Source: Cirrosporium novae-zelandiae (lineage: Eukaryota). Taken from it: a stretch of DNA of 64,000 nt. A program made the translations under genes and the position numbers. Below the pieces are notes generated by a model. The model was not told the DNA's origin, ran no database searches, and saw nothing but the letters and a program-made list of their open reading frames with translations. This document shows, one piece after another, positions 51,126 through 62,416 of this stretch (its first letter is position 1; every line of letters starts with the position of its first letter). The stretch spans positions 62,001 to 126,000 of the forward strand of contig JAPETS010000018.1 in assembly GCA_026023565.1 (NCBI GenBank). The letters run 5' to 3'.

Positions 51126-51736
51126 CGAAATCGCTCGACTGATTAACTTATTAGAAATCCAAGATGGATGAAGTACATACACACACACTCGATGTTAGAG
51201 GGACACACATGGCCTGATATGAGATGAGATTGACTTGGGTTAGGAGTTTTTATGCATAGACTATTGTATTTATGAAGTCTGAGGGGAGACAGATGATGGG
51301 AAGGTGTGGGAAGTGGGAAGTGGGAAGTGGAATAAGGAAGGAAATTTGTATCTTGAACTGATAGATAGATTTGTAATGAATGTTATATTATTTATATTCT
51401 TCGGATTCACACAATTTTTTTTTTAGTTTATTCTTATTGATTTTTTCAAGAGTGGAGTATATATCCCAAAACCAAAATAACAAAGTACAATAATTAGCGC
51501 TTTCTCGGTCAATGTATGGAGGGAGACAACAACTCTCAATATATAAAAAGAAAGAGAACAAACAATGTAGAAGAAGAGAAAAGGTCCCTATTGTGAGGAG
51601 GTCCCTTTCGTACCAATACAAAATAACCAATGTTTTTTCATATCAGGTTCATGGATTTGGCTAACAAACAAACAAACAATCTTACACTAATTATCGTCGT
51701 CGATTTTTTGCTTCCCCCGTGTGGTTTTTTTTCCCT

Positions 51737-52836
51737 TTATCGTCGGCTGTTCTGTCTCATTCCAAGAATCTGTACCATCCTGATGAAAATGTTTAGGAAG
51801 TCTAACTCTAACGACACGGATTCTGCAACTGCATCCCTCTTCATCATACCCCGTTCGGCCATCCGGGCATGCTGTAGAATCTTCTGAGTATCCCACAATG
51901 TGAAGCCACCAAACACGGCCAAGCCTCCGTATAACCAGATATTCTCACTCCAGGCTAAAGACCTAACAGCGGTGGCGGGCAACACTAGTGGTGCAAATCC
52001 CGAAATGGCGACGACGGCACAGCCGGCAAGGAGTGGGGCACCCAAGTAGAGGTATTTTTCTTGCTTAGCAGTTGCGCCCACGAAGGCAATGGAGCCCATC
52101 ATTCCGACTGTATAAAGACCGGCGCGGGCGAGGAGGGCAGGGGACATAAAGAGGAGGGGTGATAATGTGGCGGCTTGAGCGACGTTAAAAACAGACCAGA
52201 AGGCGTATTTGGCAACATAGCTAGAAATACCTTAGTAGCTGTTCTTGGTAAATTAAGCTCGGGGGTGAGATTGATAACAACTTACTTGTCGGGATCCGTA
52301 TAAAAGGTTCCCATCATACTTCCGATGCTAGCTGCCAAACCCACACCCAGGACGGCCCAAGGGTTCATAGCCATGAGCCTATAGCTCCATCCATTCATAT
52401 GCATTGCCCTAGCAGCAACACCAATCATACCAATACCTAGGCCTGTATGCATCATCGTCTGGTTCAAATAACTGCGCTCATAAGACGGCATTCCCCCATC
52501 ATCACGAGTTTCCCGGTTGAAGAGGAGGTTTATCGCCACAAGTGTTCCACCGAAGATACCGGCACCATATAGCAGACGTTGTGTCAGGTTTCCTTGTGTG
52601 GCGCCGTATGCGGTGTTGCTGCCTTGTTGATAATAGCTTCGGCGGAATGCATTTTGGAGCTGGCTGGTTCGTGATTTGGTGATGAGGGAAGTGGTGGGTT
52701 TTCCTACAGAGAAGAAGTTGGAAAAAGGCTTTGGAGAGGAGTTGTGGAACGTTCGGACGGAGATAGAAGATTTGAAAGTTGATTGTTTGATAGCGTTATT
52801 GAGTACAAAAGGTCCTCGGCGGAGGGTAAAAGCCAT
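51737..52836 (-). CDS. Mitochondrial Bax-inhibitor-1 family protein (GHITM/MICS1-like)
   Basis: Exons 52836-52286 and 52220-51737. Basic presequence; NRETRDDGGMP, AGLYTVGMMGSIAFVGATA, YGGLAVFGGFTLWDTQKI and LELDFLNIFIR motifs. Confidence 0.9.
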
Positions 52837-53167
52837 ATTGATTGATTGAGAGGGGATATCTGAGAGCTGATCTCAAGAATAATAGAATATGAGATAGTTT
52901 ATTAAAGACAGTAAGATATCTATAGGAAGGAAACCTCGGATATTAGACTTCGTTGACGTAGGCCGGAAGTTGGGGCTTGACCTCGGCGGCGGGAAGTTTC
53001 CAGAACAGCCATTGCCCCCCGTGCCCCCCATCCTCACATCTTATCTTATCTCATCTTGCACTGTTACCGCACGCCTTTTGATCACTCTCGACACTCAGGC
53101 CAACTCAACCCCTCCTTGAAAGATAATACCTGGCCTACTTTCACACCTTCCAACCTTTCAATTGATT

Positions 53168-53928
53168 ATGTTCACTACCAAAGTCCTTGTTCGCTCTTCT
53201 CTCTCAATCGCAAGACCATCTTTAAATCTTGCTGTGAGATCCCAATTGATTTCCAAGCCTTTTATCCAACCTAGATTCTTCTCTATCTGGCCTTACAAAA
53301 TGTCTGGTGTTACTCCCGTTCTCACCTCGGAAGCTACTGCCCGTGAGTCACCCCTCTTTTTGGGTTTGATCTGAGGACAATGGCTGATTCTTATTATTCA
53401 ATTATAGCTGTGGGCCCATATGTAAGCTCTTTTTTTTTTAAAAAAAACAATTGTCCAACAACTCCTGCTATCATAAGCATACTTTTAAAACAGAATCCCA
53501 AAACTAATAACCCTTTTTATATCAGTCTCAAGCTGTGAAAGCCAATGGACAAATTTTCTGTTCTGGTCAGATTCCTGCAGACAAGACTGGAAAAATGGTA
53601 GAAGGTAGTATTGCAGACAAGACGGAAGCCGTCTGCAAGAATCTCGGTGCCATCTTGAAAGAAGCTGGCTCCGACTTTAGCAAGGTTATCAAAGTCAATG
53701 TATGCTGTTTTCCTATACAGATTCCAGGGATCCCAGGAAGATTGTATACTTGAAGCCTACAATTATTGACAGCAAATCTAGGTCTTCCTAACTGATATGG
53801 GAAATTTTGCCGAAATGAACAGTGTTTACGAAAAGTTTTTCGTAACCAAGCCAGCTCGAAGCTGCGTTGCTGTAAAGGAACTTCCCAAGGGAGTTCCTCT
53901 TGAGATTGAGTTGATCGCTTTGCAGTAG
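53168..53928 (+). CDS. RidA/YjgF/YER057c/UK114 enamine deaminase (Mmf1/Hmf1-like)
   Basis: Exons 53168-53342, 53408-53421, 53526-53699 and 53782-53928. [34 protein letters not shown] and LPKGV..EIE motifs. Second in-frame ATG at 53300. Confidence 0.92.
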
Positions 53929-54225
53929 ATAAAAAAGTCGATATACTACAGCTTGAGATTAAGAATCACAGACGTGGGTTTTTATATACGATTAGAATAA
54001 AAATTATATTCCTACGGGTATACTCTATCTGATTTCTCATTAAGAACAGTACACTGCACAAAAACCATCTCTTTGCTAGACAAGCCTGCGCTTCAAAATA
54101 AAACGCTATCATAAAAACATAACTTCATAAACCATTATAAGTAAAAAGGCCGTGGGTATAATCCTAAGTACAATGGCCACTAGGATCGTATTACAATTAA
54201 GAAAGCTCTGGAATGTATTGACCGT

Positions 54226-55753
54226 TCATGTTTGTGTCCCTGGCGCATAGCCATTTCCAAACTGATAACCTATCTCCCGCAAGAAAACTCCCGCAGCTTC
54301 TGGAGAATATCCAACGAAGATAGGACCGTTGTAGATAATTTGACGTTGCGAGTCAGTTGGAATAGGAATATGTGGAGAATTTAATGGAGCAGGATTTCGT
54401 TCCAAGTCTCCGAGTTTGTGGTCTTGGTTTAACTCGTTGAAATGGCGTTTGGGATTCTCCGCTGCATGCTTATTTCCTATTGATCCCATTCCAGCCATGT
54501 TCTTCTCCGGGCTCTCCTTTGCCATGATCACACTTGGACAAGGTTCCACGGTTGCGGGGATAGTTATACCCCAAGGCCTGCTTGGGCTCTCTCCAACCCG
54601 TATGTTCCTTAATGGCTTTTCAAAATGGCCAACCCTCTCCTCGTCAGTTTTGGGTGCATGCTGCTCCTGCTCCTTCACCGCTAATTGTGGCTCGGATTCA
54701 GAGACATTCTCTACCCATTTTTCAATCTTTTTAGCATTGTCGGTAGGCTTACTATGGCTTCCTTGCTCTTTATGGGGGAGAAGAGGTTGATGCTTCATTC
54801 CGAGGCTTTGCATCATGTTTGTCATGTCACCATACTTTGCATCGATCTTTGCTGCCGTCACTGGATCTCCCTGGAAGCGTTTGATACAGATCAGATGGCT
54901 TCGAGGGATTTCATGCTTATGCTTTTCAACATATTGTGCAACTTCTTCTGGTGAATGCTTATTGAGGAGTCGAATCGGACATGTATTACAAGGTCCGCCA
55001 CAACACTTTGGTGATTGCGGTTCGTGATGGAATTCGGCCCCGATTGGGTCATCATCATCTACTATGTTATCCTGCGCCTGACAGCAAAGTGGAGAGGGGA
55101 GATTTGATTGAATAGCTGGCTTAGATGTACTCGAGAATGGACACTGCGATACAATTTGAGTCTGTGTAATTTTATTTGAGGGCTTTATGGGAGCAGCATT
55201 TGATGACTCCTCAGTTGAGCCGAGCAATTTCAACAAAGGTTCCAATGCGGAAACGCCTCTAGCGATGTGGCATTTGTCTAATGCACTGATATATTTTGGC
55301 ATCCAACTGAGGTCATTTTCATTTTTCTTTGTATCGGTGTCTGTAGTTGGAGGCATTAACCCTCCAGGGGTGTTTGGTCGATCTCCTGAGGCCTATCACG
55401 GACAAAAGTTAATCAAAGTCAAGTAAAGATTTGACGAGATGTGATGAGTTCATGATGATTAGGGTGGTCAGAAATTTTGTAGTTGTCGGTCAAAGCTACA
55501 TAGTAGCTCCAGATCTAGAGCTATAAGGTTGCATCTTTCCAAGGCTCAAAGAGTAATAGTAGTATTAAATCCAACTCACATATTCTCTAAATTCTTGCCC
55601 AGTTTCATTTAGACGCTTGGCAACTTGGAGTAGAGAAGAAAAGCCCATGGCGAGGTTGGAAGCAAGGCGTTCCACCTCTTGGGCTCTATCGTTATGATTC
55701 TGCATTGTTTCGATGCTAGAAGCTGGTGTGTTAACTTCCTCAGCTGTAGACAT
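54226..55753 (-). CDS. Conserved fungal hypothetical protein
   Basis: Exons 55753-55580 and 55392-54226 join in frame (TAT|GCC). CPIRLLNKHSPEEVAQYVEKHKHEIPRSHLICIKRFQ, FEKPLRNIRVGESPSRPWGI and YNGPIFVGYSPE blocks. Confidence 0.75.
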
Positions 55754-58163
55754 CTAGAACTGAATGAATAAAGGGAGAAGAGTAGAGAAGAGTAGGGATA
55801 TTAATGAAGAAATATTTACACATGAGCTTTGATACTGTATTTGTCAAGATGAAAAGTTGGAGCGGAAGGAGCCGAGGTCTTTGTTACCGGCATTTCTTTC
55901 TTCCGAAGATTCAGCCCGAGACCGGCGAACCAGCAGAAGCGGCTGAAACTACGACTGCAGTATCAATCATATCATGATAAGCAATGTCTACCAATTGAGG
56001 TCCCCCTCGAACGTCACCTAGGGATAATTGTTAAGTGAGAAAATGTCCTACATCACATTCCCTCCTTATCAAAGTAAGAAAACAACAACTGACAATAGAA
56101 CTTGTGGATTGTTTCCATGACAGTCCTTAATGCAAATTGCAACCCGCTGTACAACACCTATCATTTACATTTTCATTATCAATTGTCTATCTTGTCCTGT
56201 TCCCAGAGCAAATCCCTCTGGGCGAACTCACTATCTATCTCATTCCCCATTCTAAGTTTCTCAAAGATGCTGTCTGTACCTTTACTGTTTCCCTATTGCT
56301 ATGGCTCTTGAAAAATAAGCGACAGGAGCAAGACATATTTGACTTACCTATGTCAGAAGTTTTTTACGCTTTGACAAGTCGCTGTATGCGTGCTCTTAAG
56401 ATGATGATTATTCGTCGACATAACTGTGGAGGGAATAGTTCACGAGGCTTGCTAACCGAAATAAAGGATATCTTTCGACAACCCTACCTTTCGTGGATCA
56501 TTAAAGTCGGAAAATATATCCCATGGCGCTCACTGGTTGCCCTAGGTCTATGAAAAAAAAACCTCCGTTTTGCTCTCTCTCGTTTCAGGATTGGATGAAG
56601 ATAATGTTGATGTGATGGTGCTAAAGAATCGTGTCGTTGTTCGGGGCGATGGGGGATGAGATGGGAAAGACACGTGAGAAGCAGAAAGCAAACATTGAAT
56701 CATTCCTAATACAGTGAACGAGACTACCGCTAGCTATTTCATTCAGAAACCTTTGATGTTAAACCTGCTTGACTGAAATTCCGAAGGCGGTAATAGCTGA
56801 TGCCGATATGTAGGGTACAGTTGATATTTTATTTTCTATAACGGTAGAGCAAGTACACTTCAGATCATTGCTGATTTAACCCCCTAAGCAAAGTGGAAGA
56901 TAAGAGCCGGATATCTCTTGAATAGCCATTTCTGAAGCTGATGTTTGCATTCTCTAGGCAGCATGCAGATCCCAAATTTGGTATCAAAACATAGCCAAGA
57001 AATTTTTTCCTGGTCTTGACTAACCCAACTTCCTAGTCCCCATCCCTCACATATGTTACCCTATGAAAAAGTCTAGTGGGGGCCAAGTCCATACAATGGG
57101 AAGTCCTTCATGACGGTTCTATTCTATATCTACATGAAAGCTCTTAACGTATACTGAGGCCCTTCTCTAGCAAACCTGTTTGCAGTGAGAAGAATGGTAC
57201 TAAGTTTGAGTTCTACAGGATGGTCTATAGTCCAGGCAGATTTTTATTTTCTTGCATCATGCCGATCATTGCATTAGGATGAGGTATTCCTTGAGCAACC
57301 CTAACTAAAATAACTTCTCTTTCAGCAAAGATCTTCTTTTAATATGCAATGGGATTCGGAGCCAACAGTCAGGCATCTATTTGACCCCTACAAAGCAACT
57401 ACGTAGGATCCTTAGCTGCTATAATGATAATTTCCAAATGATTTGCGCATTGGTTTCATTTCATTCTGATATATATTCATGCCGTTCTCCCATCTAGATA
57501 CCACTCAATCTTTAAATTTAACCATCATTCTCTTCCTCAAATTCATAACCATTAGCAGAGTCCTTTCACTCCCCCATTCCTCATTCCTCATTCCCCATCA
57601 CTTCAGACAATGTCTTCATTAATAGCACCCTCCTCTTTATTGCCACGAGCCTTTCTCAAGTCATGAAATCATCGCATGTCAAGCAATTTCGGTCCTCTCC
57701 AAACCCTAACAGACGTCACCCGATAAAACGCATATCCTGTGGCTTAATCTCACATGTTGAGCTCCAAAATCTCGGCACCATTCCAATAGAGGCGATCCCC
57801 AGGAAACCAAGTCCTGGACAATACAAACAGAGGATTCCACCCTATCTGTTTCAAGGCATAGATTTCAGGAATTTCCAATCTGTCCACTCTGAAGCTTAGG
57901 GCAGTCCTCCATCGGGACCTTTTAATTTCACCCTAATTTGATGGCATAGCTGCTAACGGCGAGCCCCATTAACAAACATACAACCACACTCACGCCCATG
58001 CCTGCCATCTCACGAACAACAGTCAAAAGCAGGCGCAAGATGCTCTTTCTGAAAACCTGAAAACTATCAATCAACATTTTTTATCTCCACCCTCTTAACT
58101 CCGTCTCGGAAACTTACATTGAAGGCCCTAGGAGGTCTTCCATTCCTTATCACTGTTGCTTAC

Positions 58164-58541
58164 TCATCGTCGATTCCCTCCATTTGATCTATACCCATAG
58201 CCATAGCCATACTTATCCCATTCATCCCATTTTTGCTCCTCTATTGGTGCAAACATCCCCGTCACCTCGTCAAGATCCGGCGTTGGAAGACGGGTGATGT
58301 ATGGCGTTTTTGGTTGTTTGAGCGAGGAAGCCGTTTTAGATGATGAATGCGATGATGAGTGTGATGATGAGTGTGACGTTGAATGCGACGAGGAATGTGA
58401 TGAGGTAGCGGATGTGAGCTTTTTGGATGGTGGGGAGGAGGGCGGGGAGGGATATTTAGAGGAATAGGATTCTTTTGTGTAGTAGCTTGTTGTAGAGGTT
58501 TTGTGAGATGATGATGTTGACGGCGACGAGTGTTTTGCCAT
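58164..58541 (-). CDS. Small Ser/His-rich hypothetical protein
   Basis: 125-aa ATG ORF with SHSS repeats and a C-terminal PYITRLPTPDL..WDEW segment. No family recognised. Confidence 0.45.
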   Translation of the reverse strand: MAKHSSPSTSSSHKTSTTSYYTKESYSSKYPSPPSSPPSKKLTSATSSHSSSHSTSHSSSHSSSHSSSKTASSLKQPKTPYITRLPTPDLDEVTGMFAPIEEQKWDEWDKYGYGYGYRSNGGNRR

Positions 58542-59949
58542 TATGTCATGTGAACAAGGACCTTATAAAAAATGAACAATAGCGAAGAATGTATTATAAA
58601 ACCAAGCCGATAGTTCTCGATAAAACCTCAAAATTTTATAATACCACCTAGTATTATTCCAAAATATGTTCTGTAGAGGCTCTCACCACACAAAGTTTAA
58701 AAATCAACAAAAGATTATTGCCAGACCATCCAAATCTTCAGCTCCCCGAGAGAACCTGGCGCCATTTAAATACATTCGGAGCGCCCTTCCTTCCTCCCCC
58801 CAAAAGGGCCGCCGCCTGACAACAGCACCAGCATGCATCACCGCCCACGTACACCTTTCACAAGCACCACCACAACCATTATCACACGCCCCGCCCCCAT
58901 TCATCGACTCTCGCCTTGAGAGATCGATCCAACAACCAGGCCTCAAGAAAAGAAAAGAAAAAGAACTTCCCTTCCTTGGCAAACACTAGGCAATAATAAT
59001 ATCCGTCCTACCCAAAAAAACCAGTAACCTAGATAAAATCCCAAATAAACAAATAAAAAATATCCTGTACCTACACACATATATTTACATACGCACGTAT
59101 TTTCTTACCTACATACGCCCTTCGTATACACCACCACCACCATCCCCCCCCTCCCACTCGCTCATATTTCCCATTCAAACAAATGCGCAAACTTGTCCTA
59201 AATCCTAAATCACGATTGGGCTAGATCCTCTTGTGTTAGGTAGGTAACCAAACCAAACCGAACAAAAATCTTGTTGCCTGAGGTGCTTACGCAGGTAGGT
59301 GTGCGCGACCTTGACCTTTCTTGGCGGATTATTACTTACTATAATTACTTTACTTACTCGGGGGCGCCGCGAGTGGGCGTTTCTTTTTCTCACGTGTCCT
59401 CTTCTATTCTAGCGGAGAGTGAGAGAGAGTACGTCTTGTGGGCTTTTGTGTGGGATGTGGATGCGTGATTTTTATTTTTGTTTGAAAAGGTGCCTTCCTG
59501 CCTACAGTCCTGTATCTTATCTTTAGATCTATATGCATACCTACCTACAATTGCCGAGAAGAAAGAGGACTAAACTTCTTCATTCTTTTTGTTAATTTAT
59601 TTTTTTCTAGTAGTTGTGGTTGTTTGTTTTGTTTGCTTTTGGCTAATTAGGTGTAACAGAAGATGGAAGCCTGGAGGTCTTTCCGGAGGGAGGGTGAGCT
59701 ACTCAGTCAATAGTACAGGACAGATTTATTTTATACCTAGCTTCGACTATTTTGGTAGAGAGCCTCTTTTCTTTTGTTATCTCGAAGAATTGAAGCTGGG
59801 TATTATTGAATTACGCTTTGGTTATATAAAATCCAGGCTACAGCTCTAGTTCCACAATAACGAATACCCTCCCGTAAATAATCCTTAATTATACTTCTTC
59901 CCACAACCCTCCCCCTACCAACTCCTAACCATACATCCTCCAAAAAAAA

Positions 59950-60056
59950 TGTCCCGAGCCAGGATCGAACTGGCGACCTGCGGATTTTTCAAAGCTAAGC
60001 TTGATCAGATCAATTCGATATGAGACCGCCGTCATAACCAACTAGACCATCGAGAC
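59950..60056 (-). tRNA. tRNA-Met(CAT), elongator type, with 33-nt intron (60018-59986)
   Basis: Acceptor GTCTCGA/TCGGGAC-A; D arm GGTC-TAGTTGGTTAT-GAC; anticodon stem GCGGT/TCCGC with T31-T39; CAT at 60022-60020; T arm GCCAG-TTCGATC-CTGGC; T8 Pol III terminator directly downstream. Confidence 0.93.
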
Positions 60057-61781
60057 GCCTTTTTGAATTGGGCGCGCATCCATCGTTGGAGATGGGATGG
60101 TTGGAAGGGTTAATTGGTTTTTTGGGATATTAAGGGAAGATGGGGAGAGGGAGGAAAGGTTTAGTCTTAGGGTGACACGGTGGGTGTTTGGAAGGGTTGG
60201 GATTTTTTTTTGCTCCGGTGTCGCGCTGTGTGGGCTTGGTGGATTGGTACTTATCTCATCATGGTTTTTTTTTTACTTTACATACAGTTCGTAGTAGGGT
60301 TTAGGTAAATTGTTTGGTTGTTGGTGGGGTTGGTCTCTAGTGATAGAGAAAATACTCTTTCTATAATTCTGTAGGCAGAGTTTACGATTCCTTTTCATTC
60401 TGTGATGATTATTTACCCTGTAGATTATTTATGAGGTGTACAGTATAGTATGTATAGAATATATAACCACAGAACTTCACAAGACCCTTAGTTAATCGTT
60501 AAACATTTTGGATATTATTGCGAGCCTTAAATCCGTAGTTGTGTTGAATGACTTTCATCCCTGGGGATTTACCGGAGATAAGAATTGCAGCAGTATTTTA
60601 AAACCGATGTTAAGCCACCTGGTTTCTTGGTTCAGATTATAGTAAAAAATCTAAGTGAAAGGTCGTCTATCTAATAGAGATGTAGGCTCTTTTTGGGATA
60701 ATGCATGTAGCTCCCATGAGCAATAGCAAATCCAAGCTCCCCTTGTTGGCAGGGTTTATTACGCCTATCAATCGTCGTCCAAGTTCCTCTGAGAATCCGT
60801 AGATGGAGGATGTTGGCTCTGTGGAGTGTTAGCATCAAGGCATTAGTAACTTGGTTGAAAGTTATCAATAGAAGGCCATTAGCATGCCGAATGGACCTAT
60901 TCGGAAGGCCTTGATTGACCCTATTGAAAAGGATGTTGTACGGTTTAAAAAGAGGACAGATCAACGATCTTTAAGGCCGAAGAGTTCATCCCGTACTATC
61001 CTCACAGTACCAGGCGGCGAGATAGAAAACACCTTACTGGTACAGGACAGCGACTACAGCGTTGGCCTCTCACCTCAAGCTCTGACTCTAGCAGTACTTC
61101 CAGCCCGATTAGCCTGCAAATCGATACGTGTCTTCAGAACGATCATTTCCGAAAAACGTCTTGTTCAAAATACACAATTGCATAGGCTAGTCGACGTGGG
61201 AAGTATCAGGGAGACAGCTCATGTGTGTCTGGTAGAGACTCATGGGTTCCCTGCCACCTCAAAGTCTTACCTCGCTTTGAGTTGGTAGAGTATTGTACTG
61301 TACAACGAGCGAGGAAGCAAGTTGAGGGTGGGAATTCCCTTGACCATGGCTTAGACTAACTCCTAGAAGAGATACCTGTAGATTTTTTTAAAGGCCTTCC
61401 ATGGCACGACCAAGGTAGACTCATTGTATATCGTTGAAGGCAGCATGGAGGGCTAGGACTGAGATATAGTGATAAACTCAGCACTGTTATTATCATTAAT
61501 AATGTCAAGAACGTGAACAATAACAGGTTCACAAGTAGAGCAAAGAGTCTTCTCTCAAGTCACTTAAGTTACGAGCCGTCATTTCCCGACCAAACGAAAA
61601 AAAAATACCCGACCAGCCCCACCACCCACTTATTTTCACTCATTAAACTTCCCCCCACTCCCCACTCCATTCCAATCAAATTCACAACTCCCTGTCATCT
61701 TACCATACATAACCCACCCAATCACCTCTGAATTCAACAACAGCAACCAATAAAATGGTGGCTTTGTGCAATCCAACATCA

Positions 61782-61866
61782 GGGAGCCTGGTGTAATGGC
61801 AGCACGTAACGTTGTGGCTTCAGCAACTGAACCGTTCCGATCCCGGTTCGATTCCGGGGGCTCCCA
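61782..61866 (+). tRNA. tRNA-His(GTG) with 14-nt intron (61818-61831)
   Basis: Acceptor GGGAGCC/GGCTCCC-A; D arm GTGT-AATGGCA-GCAC; anticodon GTG at 61814-61816 in stem TAACG/CGTTC; T arm CCCGG-TTCGATT-CCGGG; T-runs about 40 nt downstream. Confidence 0.9.
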
Positions 61867-62416
61867 AGATAATAATTATCTTCAAATCCCAAGGATTTGA
61901 CTTTCTTTTTTGTTTTTTTTTCCTTTGGAATGCTGGGTGAATTTTTTTCATTAGATTAAATTTGAAATAGGAATTGTGTTTATACAGTATCTTCAGCCAG
62001 GGCAACCAACAACGAACGCTATCAAACACCCTCTCCCCCCCTTCAAAAACCTCAACTAAGAAAGAACCTTCCCATTTACTCACTCACTCACTTCACAACC
62101 GAGTTATTAATTATTAATTATTACTTACTAATTAGTTACCACTTTCTCTCTCTAAATATCTATAGAATATATCTTCAAACCATCATGTGGAATCTATGTA
62201 TACTTCTCTACATCATCATCATCCTTACATGACTATTTAGTTCGCTGGCGGGTACATATATACATCTTGTTCGTCACTCAATATTGTAGATTAAACCTTA
62301 CATTTCTATACACTATACATTATATAGAAAAAAAAAACAGGGTACAACTTACCAACCCAACTTCCAACCCTAACCCCCCCCCGTTCCCTACTCCCCATCC
62401 CCACTAACTAACCCAT

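Noticed and set aside
43524..53928. PTR2-PNC1-acyl-CoA dehydrogenase-RidA as a metabolic gene cluster
   Set aside because: No backbone enzyme or pathway regulator is present, and the activities do not form a coherent pathway.
56000..58100. Gene-free 2 kb with short ORFs (e.g. 56137-56553)
   Set aside because: Mostly non-ATG starts, with no recognisable domain, terminal repeats or consistent splice structure.
61812..61830. TTCA in the tRNA, suggesting a UGA-suppressor or Sec tRNA
   Set aside because: No stem closes around TCA. The GTG anticodon with a canonical intron at 37/38 gives a normal cloverleaf.
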